DNA of 52,946 nucleotides from a virus (Duplodnaviria > Caudoviricetes): positions 1 through 52,946 of IMG/VR virus record IMGVR_UViG_3300020129_000041; one strand, written 5' to 3'. Positions 36,835 through 46,445 of this stretch are shown here, piece after piece (the first letter of the stretch is position 1; every line of letters begins with the position of its first letter). The notes below the pieces were generated by a model. It ran no database searches. It was given only the letters and a program-made list of their open reading frames with translations, and was not told the DNA's origin. A program made the translations under genes and the position numbers.

Positions 36835-37824
36835 TTATCTCAGTCTCACTACTGGCTGAGGAGCCGGCGCGCTGCGCGCAACGGCGTCTCCATCCCGTCC
36901 GTCGGTTCCCTTCTTCACGCACAGAATCCAATCATCGCTCTGCCCTGGGCATTCGATTGTTTTCTCGGCGCGGCAATACCATTGCGATCCGCTCCGCGTA
37001 ACCGTATCTCCGAGCTCGTATTGGTCTTGCTTCCACACGCCACGGTTGAGCTGCGTCGGCGTAAAGAATGGCGCCTCGAGCACAGTCCCATTGAGCAGCG
37101 TGAGCAGCATCATGAAATGCCGATGATCTCCCGAGTCCTTGACCTCGAACTTGATACCAGCGAGCAACTTGGGGAGCACGGCATCGGCGACCGTCGCGAT
37201 CACCGAAGGATCATCCGCGCTCTTCCCATCGCGACCCGGCCTTCCGTCGCGCCCTAATTCGCCTTGCTTGCCGCGTAGCCCAGGCTCGCCCTGAACGCCG
37301 AAGCCGTCTTTGCCCTTCAGCGATACCAGCCATTGCTGAACCGTCCCCGCGAAACCTTCCTTGACAGCGAGATCGAACGCGCTTGCTCCAGGCGGCCCCA
37401 TCTCTCCGCGATCACCTTTTATCGACTCGCCTTTTTCGCCGCGCTCTCCGGGTTGCCCATCCTTCGGCTTCGGGACTCGCTCGAGTACGGCAGTTACGAT
37501 GGCATCAACGTCCGGCGCTGGCGCATCCTTTCCAGGCTCCCCATCTTTAGCAGGCGGAAGCGCCTTGAACGCTTGGTCGACCCGCACCAGAACGTCATGC
37601 GTGACCGTCTCAGAGACTTCAGCGGCCAACGCCTTCACGTCCACCGCCGGAGCGTCCTTACCCGGCTGCCCAGGAGCGCCGTCTTTAGGCACAGGAAGCG
37701 CCCTTAGCTTCGCCTCCAATTCATCCACGCGATCCATCAAAGGCGCATAGCGCTTGGCGACATAGCCCTCGATCGCTTGGAACAGTTCCTCCTCGAATTC
37801 CAGCGTCAGGCCGTCATCGCTCAT
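36835..37824 (-). CDS. collagen-like protein downstream of the portal
   Basis: G-X-Y repeats, duplicated KDG.PGKDAP, C-terminal Y..GD.V...GS.W motif. Confidence 0.8.
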   Translation of the reverse strand: MSDDGLTLEFEEELFQAIEGYVAKRYAPLMDRVDELEAKLRALPVPKDGAPGQPGKDAPAVDVKALAAEVSETVTHDVLVRVDQAFKALPPAKDGEPGKDAPAPDVDAIVTAVLERVPKPKDGQPGERGEKGESIKGDRGEMGPPGASAFDLAVKEGFAGTVQQWLVSLKGKDGFGVQGEPGLRGKQGELGRDGRPGRDGKSADDPSVIATVADAVLPKLLAGIKFEVKDSGDHRHFMMLLTLLNGTVLEAPFFTPTQLNRGVWKQDQYELGDTVTRSGSQWYCRAEKTIECPGQSDDWILCVKKGTDGRDGDAVARSAPAPQPVVRLR

Positions 37825-39194
37825 GCGGCGTTCCTTAGTCTGCGCGCGACGCGGGCGAAAGACAGCACCTTGGTCGGCACCTTCGGTTCATTCGGCGTCG
37901 GCAATGCGGGCGGACTCGGATCGGACGCGGCAGGCGTAGCACTCGGAGGCCCGCGCTCGGCGAGCTGGTTGAGCGGGTAATTCTGTTGCTGCAAGTAAGG
38001 CGTCTCGCCACCCTTGACTGGCGGCAGGTCTTCCTTCGCCCGCGCTTCGTTCGGCGAGAACACCGCGCTCTGGATCAGTTTCGAGTAGGTCTCGGCGCGG
38101 GCCTGCGGGTCCATCCTGAGCAAGCCCTCTAGATCGAACTCGACATATTGGCCCGCGGCAAGTCCGAGTCCTTCGCCAAGCAGCGCTTCGATGCCCTCGA
38201 TGTGTTCCTGTAACGCCTGCGAATAGTATTCCTGATTCAACGTCGCCAATCCCGATGCCGGCAACGTCGAGCCGCCAAGTTTGTAAAGCGGAATACCGAA
38301 CGGCCGTACCACGTCCTCGACGGTCCACTTCAGCTGCTCGATCAACTGTGCCTGGTCCGCCGGCATCGTCATGGTCTCGAACTTCATGCCGCCCGTCGTC
38401 ACGAGAATGCGGCCGACGTTGGCGCCGGTAAAGCCTTCGGTAAGTTCCTTTTTCAATTCCGCGAGCCGAGGGTCGGAGATCGTTCCCGGCGCATCCAGAT
38501 GCCCGCTCGGGCGCGACATGTTCTCGAAGAATCGCGCGCTGTTCGCCTGGATCCTTATGCCCTGCGTTGCGCTCGCAGCGCAAGCATAGATGGGCGAGAC
38601 TCCGACCAGCGGATGCCAGAGCGCAGGGCAACGGTCGTGGATGATCTCGCGCGCGGCTACCGTCGGGCTGTCTGTCACACCAGCTAACTGATCCGGAGAA
38701 GCGATCTGATACCAAACGCTTCCGTCACCGCCAACCAACGGCTTGACGTGGAAAGGATTCAGTGGATACAGCGCGATCACAACTCCGCTTCCGTCGCGCT
38801 CCTTTAGGATGTACGAATTGCCATGCATCAGTTTCGACACCATCCACTGCGAGAAGAACTGGATGCGCGTCTGATAACGATTGGGCTTGCGCAGTACCGC
38901 TAGCGCTGCATCGCCTTGCATAACCTCCTGTCCGATGTCGCCAACCTGCCGCATCAGTTTCGGGCGGATCTTGGAAATGTCGCCAGCGATCAAGCGGACG
39001 CAGGCGTAAACCGTGGAGAATGCGAAAATATTGGCGTTGCCGAGCGGTTCTATGTTCCGCTGCCACGCACCGGGGAACATCTCGCGCACGATCCCCCAGA
39101 GCGGCGCAAAGCCTCCTGGCGGAAGCTGCGTGACCATCTCCATGCCTTTTTCAAGGCCGTCATAGTCGCGCTGTGGCTGGGCGAAGAGTCTCAT
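37821..39194 (-). CDS. HK97-family portal protein
   Basis: VYACV..IA, PN..QT, GNSY, G.SP, FF.N...P.G, NEAR motifs. Confidence 0.92.
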   Translation of the reverse strand: MRLFAQPQRDYDGLEKGMEMVTQLPPGGFAPLWGIVREMFPGAWQRNIEPLGNANIFAFSTVYACVRLIAGDISKIRPKLMRQVGDIGQEVMQGDAALAVLRKPNRYQTRIQFFSQWMVSKLMHGNSYILKERDGSGVVIALYPLNPFHVKPLVGGDGSVWYQIASPDQLAGVTDSPTVAAREIIHDRCPALWHPLVGVSPIYACAASATQGIRIQANSARFFENMSRPSGHLDAPGTISDPRLAELKKELTEGFTGANVGRILVTTGGMKFETMTMPADQAQLIEQLKWTVEDVVRPFGIPLYKLGGSTLPASGLATLNQEYYSQALQEHIEGIEALLGEGLGLAAGQYVEFDLEGLLRMDPQARAETYSKLIQSAVFSPNEARAKEDLPPVKGGETPYLQQQNYPLNQLAERGPPSATPAASDPSPPALPTPNEPKVPTKVLSFARVARRLRNAA

Positions 39195-39391
39195 TCCTCG
39201 GCCGTCAGGTCACGGCGCCGGTACTGGCGCTTCATCCGTGGTTCCTGACTCTGCTGCGCGCTATCGTCGGCGGGGCGTGCGGCACCAGAGCGCACGAACT
39301 GCCGTCCTTCAACGTCGTCTGTCTCGAAAGACTTCCCTGGCATGACCATGCCGCCCGGCAGGAAGATCTTCATGTTTGCGATCAATTTCAA
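39191..39391 (-). CDS. small capsid-accessory protein
   Basis: Directly after the capsid gene. G..F......Q.V..GAA and Y.RRDL.AE motifs. Confidence 0.7.
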   Translation of the reverse strand: MKLIANMKIFLPGGMVMPGKSFETDDVEGRQFVRSGAARPADDSAQQSQEPRMKRQYRRRDLTAEE

Positions 39392-39410
39392 AGATTGGCC
39401 TCCGACTGCG

Positions 39411-39444
39411 AAACCGCCGCGCCAAGGCGGACCCTAGCGCGGCG
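39411..39444 (-). terminator. GC-rich hairpin after the capsid gene
   Basis: Minus strand CGCCGCGCTAGG...CCTTGGCGCGGCG-GTTT. Confidence 0.45.
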
Positions 39445-39454
39445 TATTGCGTCG

Positions 39455-41884
39455 CTACAGAGTGATACCGTCCCAGACCACGACTGCGTGCGTGTGCCGC
39501 GGCAGGTAGTTGATGTACCTCTCGGCGCGCAGGGCGATCAAGTTGTTCTGATACAGGGAAACCAGACTGACCGCGCCGCCCGCTGGTGCATCGCTCATCT
39601 CGAGCGATGCCTCCGAGCTCATATCGACCGTCATCGCGCCGTCGTCCGAGAGGAAAATCTCGCTCGGATTCATAAACACGGCGTAAGTCTCGTTGGCCGA
39701 CACTGCGCTGATGTGGATGTTATTGGTCGTCAGGACTGGATAGCCCTTGAACGTTCCGCCCTCTGGTCCGACGTCCGGATATGCGAGGACGCCGTTCGTC
39801 GTGCGGAGCGTGCTCAGGCCGATCGCCGTCCTGGGAGACATTACCCAGACGCAACCCGTCAACGGGATATTGTTATTCGCCAACTCCCCATAGATCTTCG
39901 CGACGTCGGAATCGACGCCGGCAATCGTTGCAGCGCTAAAGTTGATCTTCGTCGCGCCGTTAGTCAGAGAGGCCGGCGAGACGTTGGATACCGCGGCGAC
40001 GTCCGGATCAAGCGCTTGCTCATCGCCGAATTGCGAGATTGCCCGTGCCATGTCGGTCCGGACCGTCTCTTGCGCCGACGGATTGGAGAACCGCACCAGT
40101 TCGTCCGTGGTCACGACGAGGCTCACCTGCTTGGCGAAACGCATCGTGATGAGATCGAACGCAGCCTTCGATAGCGGCTTCGGCGCGCCCTGTCCCGCCC
40201 ACTTGCCAGACGTTCCCGCGGTCATCCTCGGGATGGAGACGTTGAACGGAACGCGGTGGAAATTGTTGATGCGCCCAAGCACTGTCATCGGGCGCAGGAA
40301 TTCGACGAACTCGGAGGCCATCGGCTGCAACTGCACCAACGGACCCGCCCAGCTTCCATCGGTCGTCGTGCCGGCAGCAACTGCGGTCTTGAATGCGATC
40401 TCGACCTCCGGCGTCGAGTCGCGGAACTGCTTCGCGCGTTCGGCCGCCAGCATGAGATTACCGCGGGCGTTCGCCAGACACATCGCGTAGCGAACGAACG
40501 CCATGCCCTTCGGCAGATTTGAGTTGGCGCGAATCACGCCATCGCCGTATTTCACGGTCGACGCCGGCTCGACTACCGCCGCAGCCGCACCGCCGGCCCC
40601 GTTCTTAGCGGGTTCGACCGCTTGGGCGTGCTTGAGTATGAAGGCTTCGTGATCTTTCAGCCGGACGATGTGCTTGTCGCACGTTTCGACTTCGCGCTTC
40701 AGTTCCTCGTATCTCTCGTTTTCCTCCGCGGTCGCAGTGCGGCCTTCCTTGGCCCAAACCGCGACGATTTCGTTCATCGCCGCAGACGACGATGCGCGCT
40801 TCGCCTCGTATTGCGTTACCTGTTCCGTTGTGGTGCTCATTGTTTCTGTTCCTTTGGTTGATTGGGATGAGGTTCCCGAAGCGCCGGGAGGATTCAAACG
40901 CACGACTCGGTCTGCATTTTGGCCTAGCGCGGCCGGCAGTCCTATGTCGTAAGCCTTCACCGAGGTAATACAAGCCTCGACGTTCATTGGTATGGAGACG
41001 GCTGACAACTCGTGCCAGCCCCATTTGGTCCAGCGTGTGGCGAGCGGATTGCCTTTGATCGGCTCGCCTTCGATTCCGCTCCAGCCGATTGATAGTCCGC
41101 GGACAAGTTTGTCGCGTATCTTGACCCATGCGCCTTGCAGATCATCCTTGAGTTGCTGCGGATAGTCGGCTTTCGGTTTCGCGACCATTCCCTTGACCGG
41201 AATGCCCTTGGCATTCGGCGTCGCCGCGGTAATCCAGCCGATTGGATCGGTGATCGAGCCTTTGCCGTGCTGCCAAAGCAGAGGAATCGGGAGCGCAAAC
41301 TCCGCGCCCATCGGATCCATGCTGTCGTCGCCGAAGTCGAGCAGCGGCGTCGATGCGATTCCCTCGAAGGTGTAGGAGTCGCCCGTCTCCCCGACGGCCT
41401 TGATATCGAAAGTCGCCCACGCGATTCGGTGATGGGCCTCTTTTCCTGATGCGGCAGTCGTATCTGCGCCCCACGGCACCGCGATCGTGTCATCGCTGAA
41501 TTTGTCCCGCGCCTTCGCATAGTAGGCGGCAACCTTGCGCTTGACGCCAGCTCGATCAGCGGCCGGGATATCGACCCCGCCGCGCGCGCCCTGCATGACC
41601 GCTGCAACGGCGACGATGGCGTGCCAGACGGAGACCGCCGCGCCGTCGATCACATCCGCGAACTTCAGCTTATAGCCGCTGAAATTCATCTTGTTGCCGG
41701 GATCGCGCCAGAAATGGACCGAGGCGTACTTCTCCCAATCCATCTTGTCCTTATCCCCGCTCCCATCGCTTGACGCCCAGGCGCGGATGCGCGTCTCCGC
41801 CTCGTTGTCGATATAGGCGCGGTCGCGCTCGTCCGATAGGGGAATGTCCGTCGAGCCGGACGCCGCCTTGGTCTGTTCGCTCAT
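39455..41884 (-). CDS. N-terminal domain + HK97-type prohead protease + major capsid protein fusion
   Basis: EGIAST, LLWQH, GLSIG, ELSAVSIP.N (protease). Capsid motifs WVMSP, YQNN..ALRAER. Confidence 0.9.
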   Translation of the reverse strand: MSEQTKAASGSTDIPLSDERDRAYIDNEAETRIRAWASSDGSGDKDKMDWEKYASVHFWRDPGNKMNFSGYKLKFADVIDGAAVSVWHAIVAVAAVMQGARGGVDIPAADRAGVKRKVAAYYAKARDKFSDDTIAVPWGADTTAASGKEAHHRIAWATFDIKAVGETGDSYTFEGIASTPLLDFGDDSMDPMGAEFALPIPLLWQHGKGSITDPIGWITAATPNAKGIPVKGMVAKPKADYPQQLKDDLQGAWVKIRDKLVRGLSIGWSGIEGEPIKGNPLATRWTKWGWHELSAVSIPMNVEACITSVKAYDIGLPAALGQNADRVVRLNPPGASGTSSQSTKGTETMSTTTEQVTQYEAKRASSSAAMNEIVAVWAKEGRTATAEENERYEELKREVETCDKHIVRLKDHEAFILKHAQAVEPAKNGAGGAAAAVVEPASTVKYGDGVIRANSNLPKGMAFVRYAMCLANARGNLMLAAERAKQFRDSTPEVEIAFKTAVAAGTTTDGSWAGPLVQLQPMASEFVEFLRPMTVLGRINNFHRVPFNVSIPRMTAGTSGKWAGQGAPKPLSKAAFDLITMRFAKQVSLVVTTDELVRFSNPSAQETVRTDMARAISQFGDEQALDPDVAAVSNVSPASLTNGATKINFSAATIAGVDSDVAKIYGELANNNIPLTGCVWVMSPRTAIGLSTLRTTNGVLAYPDVGPEGGTFKGYPVLTTNNIHISAVSANETYAVFMNPSEIFLSDDGAMTVDMSSEASLEMSDAPAGGAVSLVSLYQNNLIALRAERYINYLPRHTHAVVVWDGITL

Positions 41885-41888
41885 CGCG

Positions 41889-42101
41889 TCACCTCACGTA
41901 AACGACGCCCGGTTTCTTAGTCTCCAGAGCAGCAACGGCCTTCGGTGCCTTCGCTTTCTTGGCCCCGGTCATCGCCTCGTGCGCCGACTGCGCCATGCCC
42001 ATCATCTTCTGTATATCGGCCGCCGGCATCGGCTCGCCGCTCGAGACGCAGGCGTCCATCATGTCGATCATATCCGCGATGTTGCCGATTGCGCCGCTCA
42101 T
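41889..42101 (-). CDS. small Met-rich hypothetical protein
   Basis: ATGA-coupled chain. Confidence 0.5.
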   Translation of the reverse strand: MSGAIGNIADMIDMMDACVSSGEPMPAADIQKMMGMAQSAHEAMTGAKKAKAPKAVAALETKKPGVVYVR

Positions 42102-42256
42102 TTCTTGCCTCTCGGTTTCGGTTTGGGTTTCGGCTTAAGTACGGCCGGAATCTGGTTCGGCGGAACGAGCGCTGGCGTGTTCGTCGTCGACATCGGCGCG
42201 ACGTCGCCCTTCGTCTTTTCCTTGCCCTGTCCGGTCAATTTCGCCCAGGTGCCCAT
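42098..42256 (-). CDS. small basic Pro/Lys-rich protein (52 aa)
   Basis: Hand translation MGTWAKLTGQ...KPKPKPKPRGKK*. Coupled at both ends. Confidence 0.5.
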   Translation of the reverse strand: MGTWAKLTGQGKEKTKGDVAPMSTTNTPALVPPNQIPAVLKPKPKPKPRGKK

Positions 42257-42423
42257 CAGAGTTTCCCCATGACGGCGAGGATCAGGACCACGATCAAGAC
42301 GAGGAATATCAATCCCGAGCCGGCGTAGGGAACGCCTAGCGGCAGGCCGCCGAGCAGGATCACGATCAGGATGATGAGCAACACGACGGCGAGCGTCGAC
42401 ATACCTTTCTGGAACGTTCTCAT
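42256..42423 (-). CDS. two-TM small membrane protein, DUF3309-like (55 aa)
   Basis: Hand translation ...LLIILIVILLGGLP...SGLIFLVLIVVLILAVMGKL*. AAAGGAG RBS. Confidence 0.65.
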   Translation of the reverse strand: MRTFQKGMSTLAVVLLIILIVILLGGLPLGVPYAGSGLIFLVLIVVLILAVMGKL

Positions 42424-42445
42424 GCGAACTCCTTTGCGTAGGCGT

Positions 42446-44161
42446 TCATACGACCATGACCCGAAAGCGCTGCTCTTCCTCGCGCTTTAGCGACCGGCCG
42501 GCGGCCATCACTGCGGCGACAATGCCGTCGATCCGGCCGGTGGAGCGCTGCTTAGTCGGCTTACGGTTTCCGGCCGGGTCGGTATCGAGCACCACACTAG
42601 CGGCGTTCCAAGTCATCAGCGGATTGCCGTCATGCTTGAGCTCGCCCGCCTTTAGCATCCGCTCGTACTCGTCGACCGCGGGCGCCATGTCCTTCCAGCC
42701 CTGACCGAATGAATGAAGCGGCAGTTCGATCCCTTCCGTGCTCGCGAACTGGAGCAAATCCTCAATCCGGTAGCGGTCATAGCCGATCGATTGGACCTCG
42801 TATTTCTGTGCCGCATCGACTAAGCGGGCGAGCACGAAAAGTTTATCGATCGCCGATCCCGGCGTGGTCTCCAGCCAGCCCGCGGCGCGCCAAGTCCCGT
42901 AATGGGCGCGGTCCGCCCGTTCCTTCTCCGCCAAGGCCTCCGCGGGGAGCCAGAACCAGACCTTTTGCCGCCAGATCGGATCGTCGCCGGTCGGTTCGAA
43001 GAGCAGCGCGAAGGCGGTCAGGTCCGTGGTCGATGCCAAGTCCAGACCGCCAAAGCAGCGCCGGCCGAGCAGCCGCGCATCATCGAATTCCGCATCCTCG
43101 GCCCGCTTCCAGGACTCGTAGGAGAGCCACGGATTGGCCGCATCGGTCCACTGGCAGAAATTAAGGCGCCGCACTGTCGCCTCTTTCGACGGCATCCCGC
43201 GCGCTTGGAGCACCTGCTCGCGCAGGTACTGCGGCTGGATGGTGATGCCGAGTAGCGGGTTTGCTTTCGGCCAGCAAGACTCGTCCGAGAACGGGTCGTC
43301 GTCGACGTCGAGCGCGCACACGTAGCCGAAAAAGGCGTCATCGGTCAGCGAGCCGTCGCAGACCTTGCGCGCGTATTCGTGATACTCCCAGCACACCGAC
43401 TGCCGGTCGGTCCCGCTATTGGTGATGAGCACGATCAGCGGCTGGCGGCGCCCTTTCAGGCCCGCGCGCATCATCTCGACCATCAGCGCCGACTTGTGCT
43501 CATGCACCTCATCGCCGAGCGAGCAATGCGGGCGCGGCCCAGACTGCGAATCATCGCTTGAGATCGGGCGGAAGAACGACGCCGTATGGTCGTCGTAGAT
43601 GTTCCACTCGCTGCCCTTGCCGCCGGCGCACTTTAGCGCTTGGCTAAGTTCCGGCGACTGTTCGACCATCGCCACCGCATCCCGGAAGAGGATTTGCGCC
43701 TGGTCCCGCTTGGTCGCGAACGCGTAGACTTCGGCCCGCGGCTCGTTGTCCGCCGAGAGCATCTTGAGCCCAATCCCCGCCGCCATCGGCGACTTGCCGC
43801 TGCCCTTGCCCTCCTCGATGTAGGCCATCCGGAAGCGCCGGGTACCGTCGGCCCGCTTCCAGCCGAACAGGCTGCCAACGATAAACTCCTGCGATTCGTG
43901 GAGCTCGAACTCCCGCCCCTCGAACTCGCCGCCGTTCAGACGCAGGATCTCGCGAAAGAACCGGAAGGCCTCGCCAGCCTCATGCTCATCCCATTCCAGC
44001 CCTCGCTTCGGCCCGTCCTCCAAGTCCCGAAGATGCCTAAGGCACGCCGCGCGGACGTGCGGGCCGGCGACGGCTTGCCCTTGGGAAACCCGTTGGGCAT
44101 AGGCCGTCACCGGATCAGCTCCGGAACGAGGCAAGCCCCGTCTTCGGCTTTTGCGCGGCAT
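42446..44161 (-). CDS. terL: terminase large subunit
   Basis: GKGSGKS Walker A, DEVHEH, GLDLAST.D, RIDG.VA motifs. Confidence 0.95.
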   Translation of the reverse strand: MPRKSRRRGLPRSGADPVTAYAQRVSQGQAVAGPHVRAACLRHLRDLEDGPKRGLEWDEHEAGEAFRFFREILRLNGGEFEGREFELHESQEFIVGSLFGWKRADGTRRFRMAYIEEGKGSGKSPMAAGIGLKMLSADNEPRAEVYAFATKRDQAQILFRDAVAMVEQSPELSQALKCAGGKGSEWNIYDDHTASFFRPISSDDSQSGPRPHCSLGDEVHEHKSALMVEMMRAGLKGRRQPLIVLITNSGTDRQSVCWEYHEYARKVCDGSLTDDAFFGYVCALDVDDDPFSDESCWPKANPLLGITIQPQYLREQVLQARGMPSKEATVRRLNFCQWTDAANPWLSYESWKRAEDAEFDDARLLGRRCFGGLDLASTTDLTAFALLFEPTGDDPIWRQKVWFWLPAEALAEKERADRAHYGTWRAAGWLETTPGSAIDKLFVLARLVDAAQKYEVQSIGYDRYRIEDLLQFASTEGIELPLHSFGQGWKDMAPAVDEYERMLKAGELKHDGNPLMTWNAASVVLDTDPAGNRKPTKQRSTGRIDGIVAAVMAAGRSLKREEEQRFRVMVV

Positions 44162-44510
44162 CAGGCTTCGGAGGAGCGAAAACCCGCGATCGGTCGGACG
44201 GCGTCATGCCACAGCGCGCGAGCAGGTTAATCAGAAGCGCCGTCTGCCGTATCCCGAAATGGTACGGGTCGCGCCGAGAGGCAGCGATGAGCCGCGCCAT
44301 GTGCTCGAGCAGTTTCCGGTCGCTCGACTGGAATACCCCAGGCGCGCACTCAGCGACGATTTCGTCCCAAATGGCCCGCTCGTCCTCTGGCATGGACTCC
44401 GGTGCCGGACCGACCCCGCCTGCCTTCGGTTCCGAACGCCGCCTGGACGGATTGTGCTGCCACGAACCCGAGGCCTCCTGGACAGCCGCTGGCTTCCTAA
44501 CGGCCGACAC
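44115..44510 (-). CDS. terS: terminase small subunit (P27-like)
   Basis: RKP N-terminus and GMTPSDRSR motif. Confidence 0.8.
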   Translation of the reverse strand: MSAVRKPAAVQEASGSWQHNPSRRRSEPKAGGVGPAPESMPEDERAIWDEIVAECAPGVFQSSDRKLLEHMARLIAASRRDPYHFGIRQTALLINLLARCGMTPSDRSRVFAPPKPDAAQKPKTGLASFRS

Positions 44511-44931
44511 TTATCCCCCGCGTTGCTATTTGGGGCGATTCTTTTCGTGCCCGCGCGCGGTTTCCAAAGATGTATTCGTGATTTTTTTCCACTCCCCCCC
44601 CGGTCTTAGCCGATGATCCCGCCGGCTGATTCCAGTGATGCGCAGGCTCGATCGGGACACCTGATGCGTTGACGTCGGTCTTGAGTGCTCGCTTGCCGGC
44701 CTCGGCGATGGACTTGGCCTTGTGGCATGGGCGGCACAGGGACTGCCGGTTGCTTGCCTCGTCCAGGCCGCCTTGGTCGAGCGGCTTGACGTGGTCGACC
44801 TGGGTTGCCGCGGCGCAACGCCCCATGAGCAGGCAGTAGGCGCAGAGGGGAAACTCGGCGAGGTGGCCGCGGCGTATGGCTTGCAGTTGCCTGCCGCGGA
44901 TGCGTTTGACGAATGGCCTATGCTCGGTCAT
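44497..44931 (-). CDS. HNH endonuclease (packaging-associated, HK97 gp74-like)
   Basis: PLC..C, VDH..P, N.QSLC..CH..K motifs, upstream of terS. Confidence 0.9.
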   Translation of the reverse strand: MTEHRPFVKRIRGRQLQAIRRGHLAEFPLCAYCLLMGRCAAATQVDHVKPLDQGGLDEASNRQSLCRPCHKAKSIAEAGKRALKTDVNASGVPIEPAHHWNQPAGSSAKTGGGVEKNHEYIFGNRARARKESPQIATRGISVGR

Positions 44932-44934
44932 CGC

Positions 44935-45033
44935 AAAGAAACCCGCGCGCCAAGGGAGTGGAGTTGCAACGCGCGGGGGATCACTTCACCAGGAGAAGTG
45001 CGTAAAAAACCCGCAGAGCCATAGGCTTGCGGG
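44935..45033 (-). terminator. two tandem intrinsic terminators in the late leader
   Basis: CCCGCAAGCC-tat-GGCTCTGCGGG-TTTTTT (45004-45033) and CCCGCGCG-N20-CGCGCGGG-TTTCTTT (44935-44977). Confidence 0.7.
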
Positions 45034-45101
45034 GATGTTGAACGTGAAACCTTGCGCACAATGCGCTCCAGAAGTCAGAGAATGTCTGACCCTAGGGCTG
45101 C

Positions 45102-45131
45102 AAGATAGAACCGATGGTTAGGTTATGTCAA
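45102..45131 (-). promoter_or_regulatory. putative late promoter (pR'-like)
   Basis: TTGACA-N18-TATCTT upstream of the structured leader. Confidence 0.6.
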
Positions 45132-45151
45132 GACAATTCGAATAGAGCGGG

Positions 45152-45736
45152 TTATAAGCCTGACTGCAAAGCCTTCCGTTCGGCTATGGCTTCTGGCGAC
45201 TGATCGATTCCAGAATCTCTTCCTTTAACGCCGAGCACCTCGCGCGCTATCTCAATCGATCTCGGAGGCGGCGGTTCACCAAGTTCTGCGAGCCTTATTA
45301 TTCGCTTGGCCCACCATTTCCCGAACCCGTTTTCTGGGCGAGGAATTTCTTCTGCCACTTGAGCTTCGATAGGCGTTCGCTTCGGGATTCCCGATGAAAT
45401 ATACAGCCCCAAGGTAGCAGCATAAAGTTCCGCCGTTGAATATGCGGCGTTTCCGCCAGTATATCGAAGCGATTCTTGGACCACCCTCTGCCCATGAGCT
45501 GCATCAGTGCAGAGAATGTGCGCCCGACAAAACAAAGATCCGTCGCCGCGCGTTCCGTGCCCTATTGTCCCAGCGTACCAGCATCTATCTTGACCCGAAG
45601 ACCAGGCGCACCTGTTCCGGTCTTGGCTAGCCTGCTCTGTCGGCGTAGTCCTCGGCTTGGCTCTCCATCCGCACTTATGGGACGCGGCTGACAATGCAAT
45701 ATCGTCTCCGCATTCTGGGCAGGTCTTAGTTTGCAT
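45152..45736 (-). CDS. Cys-rich hypothetical protein downstream of the initiator
   Basis: CPEC..C.CGW. GAGGAG RBS before ATG 45736. Confidence 0.65.
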   Translation of the reverse strand: MQTKTCPECGDDIALSAASHKCGWRAKPRTTPTEQASQDRNRCAWSSGQDRCWYAGTIGHGTRGDGSLFCRAHILCTDAAHGQRVVQESLRYTGGNAAYSTAELYAATLGLYISSGIPKRTPIEAQVAEEIPRPENGFGKWWAKRIIRLAELGEPPPPRSIEIAREVLGVKGRDSGIDQSPEAIAERKALQSGL

Positions 45737-46445
45737 TTGGCTCCTCAGTCGGGACTTCGCCAATATATTGGGCGAACTTGGTAGCATTGAATAGAGTTAC
45801 TGGACGCAGAAATTTTCGCATTTTTTCGTCGTCCTTCCACTCGCGACACTTGCGGGCTATCACCGCCTTGCAGTCGCTGACGGTGTTTCCTTCCTTGAGT
45901 CTGGCAAGGATTGGCTCGAGCGTCTTTGGGGTCGGCCTGTAGAAACGGTTTGCCTTCGAATTCAGGAAATGAAGGAGGCCAGCCGCGTCGGTGTTCGCCT
46001 GCGAACCCGACGATGTTTTTGACTTTCTTGATTTTGAATCTAGTTCTAGATCTGACTCTGACTCTGACTCTGACTCTGGATTAGCATTGCGTCCGCTTTG
46101 CGTTCGCTTTGCGTTCGCATTATCCTTTTTCCAGCGCGCCAATGCTGAGTCCCGCGCCGCAAAAGTCTTGCTTGAAAGATGCTCCAGTTCCTCGTCGCAA
46201 CGCTTGTGCTTCCAAGTCGGCCCAGCCTTGGTGAAGAACTCCGAAAGTACAAATTCCACGGCGGCGCGTTCCTCTCCAGAAAGAGCACCGCAAACACGGC
46301 ACATTCCATCCAAATCGCCGCGGAGTCCGCCCGCGCCCATATATTCGTCAATCAGGATTCGGTAAGCCCCGTGCTGGAGCAGGGTAAGTCGGCGAGTATC
46401 GCGAAGATAATCAGCCGGGAAAAAGCGATAGTAGGGTAAGCCCAA
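45726..46445 (-). CDS. replication initiator (YdaU/DUF1376 N-terminus, conserved phage C-terminal domain)
   Basis: YY.F...DY..DT..L....HGAY..L and FLRP.TLF...KF..Y motifs. Confidence 0.85.
   Translation of the reverse strand: MGLPYYRFFPADYLRDTRRLTLLQHGAYRILIDEYMGAGGLRGDLDGMCRVCGALSGEERAAVEFVLSEFFTKAGPTWKHKRCDEELEHLSSKTFAARDSALARWKKDNANAKRTQSGRNANPESESESESDLELDSKSRKSKTSSGSQANTDAAGLLHFLNSKANRFYRPTPKTLEPILARLKEGNTVSDCKAVIARKCREWKDDEKMRKFLRPVTLFNATKFAQYIGEVPTEEPNAN
46051..46119. repeat. putative origin: three 11-bp iterons plus a (TCTGAC)n tract inside the initiator gene
   Basis: TTGCGTCCGCT/TTGCGTTCGCT/TTGCGTTCGCA at 46087-46119. Hexamer tract at 46051-46078. Confidence 0.6.

Noticed and set aside
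44935-45100. tRNA in the structured intergenic region
   Set aside because: No cloverleaf or T-loop consensus found by eye.
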